Source: Amoeboaphelidium protococcarum X5 (taxonomy: Eukaryota; Fungi; Aphelidiomycota). Taken from it: a stretch of DNA of 64,000 bases. The first letter of the stretch is position 1; each line of letters begins with the position of its first letter. Shown here piece by piece: positions 35,461-48,184 of the stretch. The translations under genes and the position numbers were made by a program. The notes under the pieces were generated by a model, which was given only the letters and a program-made list of their open reading frames with translations, had not been told where the DNA came from and searched no databases. The stretch is taken from NCBI GenBank assembly GCA_023515725.1, contig JALDTO010000237.1:506207-570206 (forward strand). Reading direction: 5' to 3'.

Positions 35461-37223
35461 ATGAAGACTCGGTAAGTATAAAGTTAAATGGTTAATTGAT
35501 TGATTTCATTTGTTAAGTGTGTAGTTCGTCTAAACGATTGAGAGAAAAGGATGCTCCACTATTGTCGGAGAATGATACCCCAACTAAAAGAGTGCGGTCT
35601 GTTCAGAAGGTTAATATCAAGGAGAAGCCACTGCCAGTATTAAAAGATGTCTCTCATTCTAAAAAGTCTTTGGTTAAGAAGAATTAGAATGTTAAATCCT
35701 CAAAGGATGATTTATCTAAACAGCAGTTGTCTGGTAAGACGTCGAATTCTGACTCAACCTCTCATCACTCTCAAGACTCTTTTATGGATGCTCTACATTA
35801 TGCTAAATCTACATTCAGAACTGGATATATGCCGAAATAGGCTGTTGGAAGAGAGTAACAAGAATAGTCAATAAATAGTTTTCTGAATGATAATATCATG
35901 GCAAAAGCTAGCAAATCTCTTTATATCAGTGGCTCTCCGGGGTGTGGTAAAACCATGTTGGTTGAAAGCATATTGAGAAGATTTGAAAATAATGCCAAGT
36001 CTGCTAAGAATAAGTAACTAAAAGTTATCAAGCTGAATTGCATGATTTGCGGTAATAACGTCAACTCTATTTGGGAGAAATTGGCATCAGTTCTTGGTTT
36101 AAACACGCGTAGTTCAGGAGATGATGCGATGTAGTTGGTGAAAACGTATCTCACAGTTCCTGGTAAAAGTAAGTAGTTTGTTATTCTCATGTTGGATGAA
36201 GTGGATCAATTAATCAACTAGAATGCTGAGATATTGTTCAATTTGTTCAGCTGGATCGGTATTCCTTTAAGTAGGTATTTGCTAATTGGTATCGCCAACT
36301 CTATCGATTTAAGTGAGCGCCTGATTGCCCGCTTGTAAGCTTTGAATTGTGCTCCCACTCAGGTTGCCTTTTCAGCTTACTCTGCATCAGATATAAAAGC
36401 AATAATCACAGGTAGACTGAATGAGATAAAATTAAAGTTTCCAAGTGCTGGAGATTTATTTCATCCGGCGGCTATTGAATTGTGTGCACGTAAAGTTGCA
36501 GTGTTTGGAGATTTTAGACGCGCGTTGGATTTGTGCAGAATGGCTCTAGAAATGCTAGAACTGGAATGCAATGATGGTGATAAAGAAAATGCTTCAACAT
36601 TTAGTCGTCAAGTCGGCATTTAACATATGGTGAAGGTTATAGATAGATCTTTTGGTTCAGTGAATGCCTCTGTTAAAAAGTTGAAAGAGTTGAGTGCTAA
36701 TGAGAAGGCTGTTCTTGCAGTGTTGGCTTCTGTTCTGTTTAGTGACTAGCCGGTTGAAACTTCGATGTTGCGCACTTATGAGATATTCAAAACTTTGTGC
36801 AATCGTTAGAAAACTCTGAACATGCTGTCAAGAAGTGAATACGTTGATATGATCATGTCACTGGAAAATGCCGGCCTTATCGAGCCTGCGAAGAAAACTG
36901 CTAATGCTTTGGGGCGATCTTTGTCCAACTCGAGCACTCCATTCAAGTAGAATAAGGTGACAATGCCAAGTATTTTCAATACTCCATCTGCAGGCTACAA
37001 GAGTAAATTAAACACTACTCCTCAGAGTGCTCGCGCTCCCAAAACTCCAAGCTCCTCCCGTAAGCGACAAGTGTCCATCCTGGATCCGTCTGTGAAAATT
37101 GCTATAACCGTCTCCGAGAAGGACCTCAGACTTGCTTTTAGAGATCAAGATCATCTACTAGCAGTTATTGATGAGGGTGTATCTAATGTGGTTAACTAAT
37201 CCGCAGAAAGTGTATTTGATTGA
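35461..37223 (+). CDS. CDC6: Replication licensing AAA+ ATPase Cdc6 (intron 35472-35524)
   Basis: Walker A YISGSPGCGKT, Walker B ILMLDEVDQL, LIGIANSIDL and AIELCARKVAVFGDFRRALDLCR. Confidence 0.94.
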
Positions 37224-37433
37224 TGTTGAATTGATGTGTTGTTATAAATAGACGCAAATGAATGTTGATTAAAGACTCTTGGCCTTTGGCTAAAAATAGT
37301 TTCCGTAGATCTTCCATTGGAATGCATAATTTAGTTGTATTTGATTCTTTGACACTTTTTCTACTATATTGCATCTTGGTTACAACCGTATATAACTTTA
37401 TCTATTGCAATCCAAGGCAATCTGTATATTCAG

Positions 37434-38207
37434 ATGCAAAAGAGACACAGCCTATCAGAGTTGAGGCATGAGCCTTATCGAAGCAGAAAATCTTCCGATT
37501 CATCGATACGAAGCAGCACATCTAGACGATCATCATATTCTAGTAGCACAAGTGGTTACTGTGATTATAATCTATTCCCCGATTAAAGTGCATTGTTTGG
37601 AGATTTGGATTTCCAGCTGGGAGAAGTATGCGCTGTAACTGAAACAGCTCCGACAAACGGTTCAAAGACGGTTCAAGATTAGCTTGCACTAGAGTAAGTT
37701 TAATGTTCTAATGGGCTATGACACATCATATAACTGAGTGCTTATTGTAGTAAGTAGATGAGACGACTAGAGTATAATAGAAATGAAAAAATATATCGCA
37801 ATGAAATAGCAACTTGTTACAAGCAACTGGCAATATTACTACCACCGACGCGTCTCCACTATCCGGTCCATGATGGCATCTCTCAGCTTCCCATTGATCT
37901 TCGACAAGGACTGGATTGGTATACAAACGACTAAGATGGTCAAATATAGCCTCAGAATATCAATGAAAGTGGAAATAAATTGACCAAAACTTAAATTCTT
38001 GCTAAAGCTGTGGAATACGTACAATGGCTGCAGTTGCAAATACAACTGTAGCAGCAAGAAGATTAGTTGACACCGGCGATTGTGTCTCAGTATCAGTTTC
38101 CATCAAATATCATAACTGATAAAAGTCCGGCGCGTTTAAAGACCATCGATAGTGAGGTGGACCCTGTGGATTACATCAAGTCTGTGGACTCACTAATATA
38201 TGAGTGA
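37434..38207 (+). CDS. bHLH transcription factor with an SREBP-type Tyr in the basic region (intron 37694-37750; 238 aa)
   Basis: RRLEYNRNEKIYRNEIATCYKQLAILLP...KLTKT[Q]ILAKAVEYVQWLQ. Confidence 0.78.
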
Positions 38208-38638
38208 ACAATAGTGAATAATAGTTAGTTCTTTAAGATCACCTTATTTCAATTGTTTACCTTTACCGCGTATGAATCATCTCAGCATACCTTGTAATTA
38301 AACCCTATTAAGCAGAATAGTATATCAGGCATACGACTCTAACAAGATATCATTATTCGAACGCGATCGTGGAGCTATCGATAATCCCCAAATAAGAAAA
38401 TGGTATTAAGCGTTTCTATATTCATTCCGAGCATAAAAATGAGTGTGCAAGTGATTGATTCGATCAAAGGGGGGCTGTTACAATGAATGAGCGAAAGCAT
38501 TTACATCAGAGGGCTAGTTCTCTCTTTCGCTCTCGTCCTGCGTGCCGATCGTTTATCTTCCACGATTACTTACTCGTCGGCCAATTGGAATATTCTAAAT
38601 CTGATTTTATTCTCACCGCTATTGGCAACTAAATAAGT

Positions 38639-39947
38639 ATGAAGACTGTAATCGTGTCATTGATTGCTTTGTTTCCAATGCTGGCACTCAGCGAAAGTGT
38701 CGTCGATCTGACACCTTCAAACTTTGACACGGTAGTTGATGGTTCAAAGAATGCACTGGTAGAATTCTATGCGCCTTGGTAGGTTTCATAGTTGTGTTTA
38801 TGTTAATTAGAAATTGTATTCTCAATCCAGGTAGGTGCGGACATTGTAAGAAGTTGAAGGACACCTGGGATTAGTTGGGCGATGCCTTCGCTGCCAGTTC
38901 CGATGTTGTCATTGCCAAAGTAGATGCCGATGCTCACCGCGATCTAGGCTCAAGATTTGGTATTCAAGGCTTCCCGACGATCAAGTGGTTCCCCAAGGGT
39001 GTAACAAGCGATCCTGAAGATTACAAGGGTGGACGTACATTGGACGATTTCGCCAAGTTTATCCAAGACAAGACTGGTAAGCATTACTATTATTATTATC
39101 TTAATCTTGAAATGAATCAATTCGCGTGATTATGATTGAGTAGGAGTTGGGGCCAAATTGCCTGAATCTTCAGTCATTGTGCTGGATGATGACAATTTCG
39201 ATAAAGTGGTCAAGAACGAGTCTGTAGCCACTTTGGTTGAGTTTTATGCTCCGTAAGTTATTTTATTATTATTATTACACAATATACTTATTCATTCAAG
39301 TTAATGTATGTAGTTGGTGCGGTCATTGTTAATAGTTGGCTCCAGTTTATGAAAAGTTGGCCAAAGCTTTCGAGAATGAACCAGGCTGTCAGGTGGCCAA
39401 GTTGGACGCTACCGTGAGCCCAAAGGTGGCAGAGTTGTATTCCATTCAAGGTTATCCCACCTTGAAGTTCTTCCCTTACGGCTAGGATAAGAGCAAGGTT
39501 GAGGAATATGAGAAGGGTCGTGATCTGACCAGTTTAATTCAATTCCTAAATGAGAAATGTTAAACTAGTAGAGATGATAATGGTGAGTTATTGATCACTG
39601 CAGGTGTCTTTGACCATATTGTTCCATTCTTTGAAAAGTTTATGGCTGCAGCAGATTAGAAATCTCGTGATGGTGTACTTGCAGACTTGAAGAAGATTAT
39701 CAAGTCAGTGACTGCTGAATACGTTGGCCATCCATACTTTAAACGGGCCTCTGAGTATTCCATCAAGTTGCTGGAGAAGGCTGGCAAAGATCTTGAGCAT
39801 CCAACAAAGGAACTGGAACGTCTAAAGAGAATTTTGACCAACAAGGACTCGCTACTACCTGCACGTAGAGATGATATGGTTCTGAGATCCAACATTATCG
39901 AATCTCTGGTTTAATACTTGAAAGCCGGTGCTCATGAAGAATTATGA
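38639..39947 (+). CDS. Protein disulfide isomerase of the ERp38/TigA type (two WCGHC thioredoxin domains plus helical C-domain; 3 introns)
   Basis: Signal peptide and two VEFYAPWCGHC motifs, each split by an intron. The C-terminal HEEL-TGA is reached only by reading TAA 39912 as Gln. Confidence 0.94.
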
Positions 39948-40055
39948 ATCTGAAATTTAAGTAATGATCATTCAATATTTAAATTGTTATTGTGAATGCA
40001 CATATTGATACTGTATGAACTATTTGCGCTTTACTATACGGGACGGTTCAATGAT

Positions 40056-41133
40056 TCAACTACTCCCAGATGGCCACCATGGTATCAGGCGAGATACTCT
40101 CTTTTAATACTTTTTGTACGCCGGATACTTGGCAGATGTTATCTCTTCAGTCAGTGTAGTGCTCCCTTGAAACAATAGCATTAGAGCCATAGCACCAGCT
40201 AACAGGACAGCTGGAGTGTACAAATCCGCTTAGGAAGGCATACCGTTCACAGTAACTCCATACACTGCCACAAGAACCCAAATGCTCTACTCGCAGATGA
40301 AGTTTGGATGTCTCGAATATGCAAAGAGACCACTCTGGACAAAACCATCATTGACCTCTTTATCCGCAGTCTTTTTACCTGAATACTTTCGCTGATGGAA
40401 GTTCCACTACTATTGATCTGCAATACTCTCAGTTACTATTAGCAATAAGACAAGAGCTACTAGAGCAAACTGCAGCCAGGACACTTTACTATTAGAGAGT
40501 GAGGCGTAGTATACAGGGAGACTAAGCATCCACAACAATACCTACTGAAAGATACAGACGAAAAACAAATGAAATACCTCCCACAGAAGAGCATAGGTGA
40601 ACGACGCGTGATAGATGGAACCATCAGACTGCATCTTTTATCCCTGGAACGTCTTCAAACGAACATACTCCCATCTATAATCTTCATAACTCAACGCGTA
40701 ACCACCTTTTCTCCAAAAATTAAAAGATAAACGCAGACCCCATATCGTGATACACGCAATTAATGGCAGTGCTGCATTACTAGTCAAGACCGTAGATTCA
40801 GTAGAAGCAGTGAAAATCCAACTAAACACCACTGGAATTACAGACCATAATCTACAATGAATGTACTAAATATAAAGTTGAACATCTTGAGACCAAAGTA
40901 GTTTAATACCTGTCAGTTGAAGATACATTGTCTGTAATTAAGCCATACAAAAGCGAACTGAATACGCAAACTTTCAATACGGCGATACTCTGAGTTAATG
41001 CTGACGTAACAGGTAATGCCAGACCAACAGCGGTCACTAGAGCTGACTCAGAGTGAACATAACAGAATAAAGCGAGAGGGAAAACGATTAATCCTGCTAT
41101 AATCTTATTCCAATTCCCAAGATTTGATGTCAT
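40056..41133 (-). CDS. DUF1295 / steroid 5-alpha-reductase-like membrane protein (1 intron, ~40853-40909)
   Basis: NVSSTDRLWS, WGLRLSFNFWRKGGY, EDYRW, GLFAYSRHPNFICE and KYPAYKKY[Q]KRVSRLIPW. Confidence 0.9.
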
Positions 41134-41534
41134 TCTCTTCCTATGACAACTATACACTGGTGGATTACTTGTCGGTTATACGAACGCGTTGTGACACTCA
41201 AACTGTGAGAGAATTTACGCGTTTTGAAACAGTTTAAAACATTCTGGATTACTCTTTCATTGTTTTGCATTAGGGATATAATTTCAAATAAGAGTAAGGA
41301 TGGCTTAATTTATTATGCAATCAGTAAATGATTAATCAACTGACAGGCGAAATGGAGATTTGACTTAAGTAAAACTGGTTAGAGTTGGTGGTGTAAGTGA
41401 TTGCATCATTGCTGCTGTAAAGTGATGTTAATTGGCGTGTTACTGCTCTTTAATAAATTGAAGAGCTGAGATTATATTTGTGAGATATAAGTGGTTAATA
41501 ACATATTGCATCTACAGTACATTCTCAGGTTTCG

Positions 41535-41670
41535 TTGGCAATGAAACGGCAACTGTGACAACAAATAGCATTGAAGGATCATGGAGTGCAATCAAAAGAA
41601 GCTTGTCGCTTTATGACACTACAATCGAGAGGTATGCTTCATACTTTGGCGAATACCTATTTAAGATGGA
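41535..41670 (+). mobile_element. Merlin/ISXO2 (IS1595-like) DDE transposase C-terminal fragment
   Basis: TVTTNSIEGSWSAIKRSL...YASYFGEYLF matches the TNxIExxWxxxK...YLxEFxxR signature. The rest of the transposase is not recognisable. Confidence 0.7.
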
Positions 41671-42381
41671 AATGGCATGCTGGAGTCCTCGATGCTAATT
41701 AAAACCCCCGGCTGTAGTAAGAAGCCATACATCTTTCTCCCATAAGATGTATCGGCGCACGATCCTACTAAGGGGGACATTATGGTGATTGCGATGACCC
41801 ATCCGCATCATTCTGGGAGCGGTAATCCTTATTATATTGCAGAATGTTTGGAGCATTTTCAGTGCTCACAGACCGGATAACATCAAATTCCTCTAAATGG
41901 TGTCTATCTAATCTGCGTAGGCTCCAAAAATGTTTGCGGGGCAGTCCAAAATGGTTTACTGGAGGTGAACGCTGGTGATCTGATGAATATTTTGCTATTG
42001 GGGAGTTCTACAGACAGCTGATTCTACCTGCAAATAGTCTCAACGATAAAACATCCTATTGCAAGAGCTTCTGTAGTAATATCTTATCCGCTTGGCGCTT
42101 TACACATTTAGTTGAAGGATTTGAGTAGCTTGAACAATAGACTTTTGTGATACGATAATATGTATAATAAAAATAGTGACTATATAATGCAGATACTGAA
42201 CTACATTTTATACACGTTTTCCCACCTTAATAATACACTGAGAATTGCTTGTTCGTGTTAAAACCGCGCATTTCATTTTGTACGCGCTCTACCATTGAAA
42301 AGCCGTCGTCAAGACCGTAAGAAAAAGCATAGAGCTACAAGCGCTTTAACTTTCTTGAGCGAGCGTGAGAAGAACACTGAA

Positions 42382-44631
42382 ATGAAACCACTGTTGCAGA
42401 ATGTGTTGGTCGCAAACCGAGGTGAGATTGCACTCAGAGTACTGAGGACTGCTCACCGACTGGGTATTAAGACTTCCACTATATACAGCGATGCCGATGT
42501 TAATGCGCGTCATGCCACTGTTCAGTCACCGCTGCATGTAGGTGCTTACAGGGTGGGACCTCCAGTGTCTGCACAGAGTTACTTGAACATCCCCGCAGTG
42601 TGTGCCGCAGTCAAGCAGTCTGGCGCAGATGCTGTACATGGAGGCTATGGGTTCTTGTCGGAGAATGCCAACTTTGTCAAGGCCTTGAATGAAATGGGTG
42701 TCAAGTTCATTGGACCGTCCTACAGTGCCATGTATCAAATGGGCGACAAGTTGACGAGCAAGAAGATTGCGCGCGAGGCCAAAGTCAATACCATTCCCGG
42801 GTACTCTGGAGCTGTGAAGGATGCCGACCATGCCATCCAGATTGCCAAGGACATCATTGGAGGGTATCCAGTGATGATTAAAGCCGCCCATGGGGGAGGT
42901 GGAATGGGAATGCGAGTTGCATATACTGATGAAGATGTTCGTGAAGGTTTCGAACTGGCCCGTAATGAGGCGATAAGCTCTTTTGGTGATCCGACTCTTT
43001 TGGTCGAGAAGTTTATTGAGCAGCCAAGGCATATTGAGATTCAATTGATGGGCGACCAGCATGGAAATGTCTTTTACTTCCCAGAGCGAGAGTGCTCCAT
43101 CCAGCGACGTAACCAGAAGGTGATCGAAGAGGCTCCCAGTCCGTTCTTGACTCAAGAGATCAGAGATGCTATGGGCAAGTAAGCTGTTGCTCTGGCGAAG
43201 AAAGTTGGCTATTTCTCTGCGGGAACTGTCGAATTCCTAGTGGATGTTAATAAGAACTTTTACTTCTTGGAGATGAATACGCGTCTGCAGGTGGAGCATC
43301 CTATTACTGAATACATTACTGGTGTGGATTTGGTCGAGCAGATGCTGAGAGTGGCGGCAGGGCATGATCTTACCAAGCGCTATGAGGGAATGATTCCAGA
43401 TCCTGAGACTGGTGGTATGAAGCCATACGTTTATGAAGCTCTGAACCAGGATCATATTAGGAAGCCTAGTGGATGGGCGGTGGAGTGTAGAGTCTATGCC
43501 GAGGATCCGACAAAGTTTCTGCCATCCATTGGTACTCTGTCCAAGTACATTGAACCAAAACCAACTGTGGGTGCAGATAGTCCAGATGCACCTCTTATCG
43601 GAGGTCAGCCGTTCCCTAATGTCCGCTGTGATTCTGGTGTTAGAGAAGGCAGTGAAATATCCATGTACTATGATCCTCTCATCTGTAAGCTAATCACTCA
43701 TGGAAACGAACGTCGCGAGGCTATTGATGGCATGGTGAAGGCTCTTGATCATTACGTGATTAAAGGTGTCACTCACAATATTCCGCTGTTGAGAGAAGTG
43801 CTTGTGCATCCGAGATTCTTGGATGGTTCAAAGATCTCCACAAAGTTCCTGCCTGAGGAATATCCTAAAGGTTTCCAAGGTCATCATCTGACAAAAGCAG
43901 AAGAGCAGTAGTTGATTGCAATTGGTGCTTGTATATTTGCTCAGAGGGACTTGAGAGATTGGTCCTTTGTGGATAGTAATCGCCCGCACTCGAAATATCC
44001 TACCAAGTGGGAGTTAAGTGTATAGGTGAATGGAGATATGGATCCAAAGCACGGGGCCAAGGACTCTTAGAAGTAATAGGCGAAGAATGTGGTGGTTCAA
44101 GTTTCCCCTGAGGCTGAATTTACTATTATCATTGATGGTGAGCAGTTCAAGGTAAAAGCTCCGTGGACGCTGGAGTATCCTATAGTTGAGGCTAAAGTTA
44201 AGGACATTGCCCAGAAGAAAGAGAGCAACGAGGTGGCCCAGTATCTGGCTTCCAATGCTCAAGGATTGCTGCTGTCATATCTCGGCACCAAGTACCATCT
44301 TAACATTCTGACCAAGAAATAGGCCGCATTGAAATAGTTTATGAAGCCAATCAAACAGCTAGATCTCTCCAAGATGGTGATGAGCCCAATGCCTGGTCAA
44401 GTTGTATCTGTGGCTGTAAAGGAAGGTGATATTGTGATTGAAGGCAGTCCGGTGGCCGTGGTGGAGGCGATGAAGATGTAGAATGTTTTGCGTACTACTG
44501 CAGCCGGAAGAGTGAAGAAGGTGCGTGTCAAGCCTGGTGGAAGTGTCAAGGCCAATGATATCCTGATTGATCTGGAGGAGGTGAATGGTTCGACTAGTGG
44601 CAATGCAGCGGGCAAGAAGGCTGATAAGTGA
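42382..44631 (+). CDS. PCCA: Propionyl-CoA carboxylase alpha subunit (biotin carboxylase plus BCCP; 749 aa)
   Basis: [57 protein letters not shown] and the biotinylation motif EAMKM[Q=TAG 44479]N. Confidence 0.95.
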
Positions 44632-44707
44632 AATTACCATCTTAATATCAGATTGTCAATGGAAATTAGTTATAATTCGCGCAAGTATTCTTATTAATCT
44701 TTCTGAA

Positions 44708-45904
44708 TCACAATTTTAAAATGTCTGCAACTACTCCATGTGCAGTCACTTGAGCCCCTGCACCTGAACCTCTAATAACTAGAGGACTATCGCCATATCG
44801 TTTAGTCCAGAAGATGATCATATTATCAGCTCCGGATAGCGAAGCCAGTGGGTGATTACTAGGAAAGTACTTCAACTCGGTACAGACTTACTTGGACTTG
44901 ACATCCACCGTACCGACGTATCTCATAACTTTCCCATCCTTGGTGGCACCTTGCCTCTTTTCAGACATTACCGAATCAAATTCCGCTCCGAGACGATCCA
45001 TGAACTCGGCGGAAGTGATTGAAGGACTTTGTAAAGATTCAGGTACTAAAGATGCAACAGATACCTAAATTACATCAGACTCCAGCTACTTATCACCATC
45101 CAATGGCAGCACCGCCTTCAATCCACACAGGCGAGCCAGTATAGTCACTTTACGCCCCACATCCATACCATTCAAATCATCTCGCGGATCAGGCTCTGTG
45201 AATCCATTAGACTTGGCATCTTTGATAATCTCAGAGAACTTTAACGTTTGTGCGGTAGTATCACAGAATTTGTTGAACACATAAGACAGCGTACCAGAAA
45301 GGACACCCTCAATCTTGATAATCTCATCTCCCGTGGCCAGTAGATCATTCAGAGTCGATATGACTGGCAGACCAGCGCCGACTGTACTCTCATGCTTGAA
45401 TGTACCACGCACCACATTTCCATCCTCAACAGATACACCATCAGCACCTTGTTTCAATAATAACACGTCACTCCATACATTCCACTTACCGCTGATTCCC
45501 TTTTTGTTAGCAGTTACCACGTGCCACCCTCTGCTCAGAAACTGACTATAGTAATTACCAAAGGAGTCGGACGCGGTGCAATCTACAATCACTCCACCGT
45601 CAGTGAACTTGCTCATGCATTATACTATGTTATCGACAGTATTTTCATACAACACATAACCATCCGCCTATCTTTAATCTAATAAATCGGACAGTGCAGA
45701 CTAGATAAATTGAGCTTGGTCAGAACTCAGACTCAGAAATGATTTACTGTTAGCCACTAGAACCAAACGCGTCTTGGAACGTGACTAAATAGCGGGCACG
45801 GTTGACTTGTTGTTACTCTGCAAATTACTTTCTTAAATGGCCAAAAGTTGATCAAATACCGCTGAGCCTACAAGCCCGCAACCAATGAGAGCAACATTTA
45901 ACAT
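44708..45904 (-). CDS. HOM6: Homoserine dehydrogenase (398 aa)
   Basis: VALIGCGLVG, VTANKK, HESTVGAGLPVI, GVLSGTLSY, TEPDPRDDLNGMDVGRK and GSGAGAQVTA. Confidence 0.95.
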
Positions 45905-46491
45905 ATTGACTGTCAGTGCTTTACAACGCGTGTATGAAGGTGTGTTATAGTGTGCGTAACTACTCCTAACGACTGATTGCCAAGACAACCTGAAAATTTG
46001 TTACAAACTAAGCGAGCCGATGTTTGCACAATATGAAATCTGCAAAGAAGAACTAAGAAGGTACTAAAAGCGCTTTTATAGACAGAAAACTATTCAGTAG
46101 TGAGATCTACCGTGTATGCATCTATGTCATCTATAATGTGAAAGAACATTGCAAGCGCGTGGGAATGAATGACGCATCAATGCCAGACATTGAAACCAAT
46201 TCATCTGTGCGACGCCAAGCCGGTGACGGCGCGACTGGCGCGTGAAGTGTCACCAAAACAAATCCTCGTCGCCTGTATTTCTCCATTCAAATTGAATAAA
46301 TTTGTTTGTGCCGAGGCGGTTACATCTCTCCCCCCGAAACATTTCCTTTTCTGGGTAAATATTAATATTACTCTATTCATCATTGACTCGCTCGTTCTTG
46401 GTTATACTCTTCTACTAATAGTATCGCTGTGTCAACTCTCTACTTCTAATCGATACTTGATACTCACTTTTTAATATATACTTACTAAACT

Positions 46492-47725
46492 ATGAAGGCT
46501 TTAATTCTTGTTGGAGGTAAGTTGTATCTATCTGTCAGCCTCAGTTTAAATCATCACCGCTATCATATTAATTCTCTCTCTTGTATGTAGGTTTCGGTAC
46601 TAGACTTCGCCCGCTGACATTGACTGTCCCCAAGCCGCTGGTGCCTTTTGCTAATGAGCCTATGATTTTGCATCAGATCACTGCCCTGGTTAAGGTATGT
46701 CTTTCTCTCTATTGATCAAGGAATTTATCATGTATTTGCATTTACCGCTTAGTTAATGTGCGTGTGTGTAGGCTGGCGTTAAGGATGTTGTTCTTGCTGT
46801 TAATTACAGACCAGAGCTGATGGTTGCTCAGATGAAGCGTTATGAAGAGGAGCTTGGTGTCAAGATCACCTTCTCTGTTGAAACTGAGCCTCTGGGTACT
46901 GCTGGTCCATTAGCGCTGGCTCGTGAGATTCTGACCAAGGATAGTGCACCGTTCTTTGTGCTGAACAGTGACATTATCTGTGACTTTCCATTTGCTGAGA
47001 TGATTAAATTCCATAAGAATCATGGTAATGAAGGTACTATCCTGGTGACCAAGGTTGAGGAGCCATCCAAGTATGGTGTCGTTGTCAATCATCAAGGTTC
47101 ATCCAATATCGAGAGATTTGTGGAGAAGCCTTAGGAGTATGTGAGCAATAAGATCAATGCCGGTATCTATATGTTCTCTCCTAAAATTTTGGACCGTGTC
47201 GAATTGCGTCCAACCTCTATTGAAAAGGAGGTGTTTCCAAAGATGGCTGCAGATGGTGAGCTTCACTCTATGGAGTTGGATGGATTTTGGATGGACGTTG
47301 GATAGCCTCGTGATTTCCTCCTTGGTACTGGTCTGTACCTGAACTCTCTATAGCAGAAGGAACCATCGCGTCTCTCCTCTCACGCATCTGTAGTTGGCCC
47401 AGTGCTGGTACATCCATCAGCTTAGATTGGAAAGGACTGTAAAATTGGACCTAATGTTGTCATTGGCCCTAACGTGAAGATTGGTGATGGTGTACGTTTG
47501 TAAAAGTGTGTCATTATGGAGAATTCCACCATAAAGTCTCACGCGTGGATCCATTCCAGTATCGTTGGGTGGGAGTCCACAGTGGGCAGATGGACTCGAG
47601 TGGAAGGTGTATCCGTGCTCGGTGATGATGTTCAAATCGCTGATGAACTCTACATTAATGGTGGATCTATCCTACCACACAAGTCCATCTCTGTCAACAT
47701 TGCTGAGCCAAAGATTGTGATGTGA
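46492..47725 (+). CDS. GMPPB: Mannose-1-phosphate guanylyltransferase (introns 46517-46590 and 46695-46771)
   Basis: [43 protein letters not shown][Q]PRDF and a hexapeptide-repeat C-terminus ending ILPHKSI. Confidence 0.97.
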
Positions 47726-48147
47726 TTTACCATTTATTCATTAGTTGCTGCCATTTACTAATAGCAATCAATTCATTTGCACTTTAATGCTTGTTTCATA
47801 TTGATTTTCAACTTTTATACGTAAACGTGTTTAAACTCTCTCAAAGCTCTGTAGTTTGTTGCTCTTATGAAGACAATTTTGAAACCAACTGATCAATGTT
47901 CTTTTAGTGTTTCTAGAAGAGGTCAACACTGCTCAGTCTCTTATTATTATGAACTTGTTATGAAACAGAGCGAAGTTATCAATTTTGAGTGAGAGACGAC
48001 CTGTGTGGGTGGCTTTCGCGATCTAAATCGATTTTACAGCCAGCCGTTCATTCCTTCGTTTCGGGTGATCGCGTCAATTTGTCCGTTAAGTCCACAGTTC
48101 ATAGTTCTACACCTCATTATTATAACCATCGAACAGGTAGCAAGTTC

Positions 48148-48172
48148 ATAATAATAATAATAATAATAATAA
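48148..48172. repeat. (ATA)n microsatellite upstream of ACLY
   Basis: ataataataata... visible directly. Confidence 0.9.
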
Positions 48173-48184
48173 CAGAAGTTTATC

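Noticed and set aside
41760-42120. Possible alpha/beta-hydrolase fragment (VVISYPLG)
   Set aside because: Only a short motif with interrupted frames; insufficient support.
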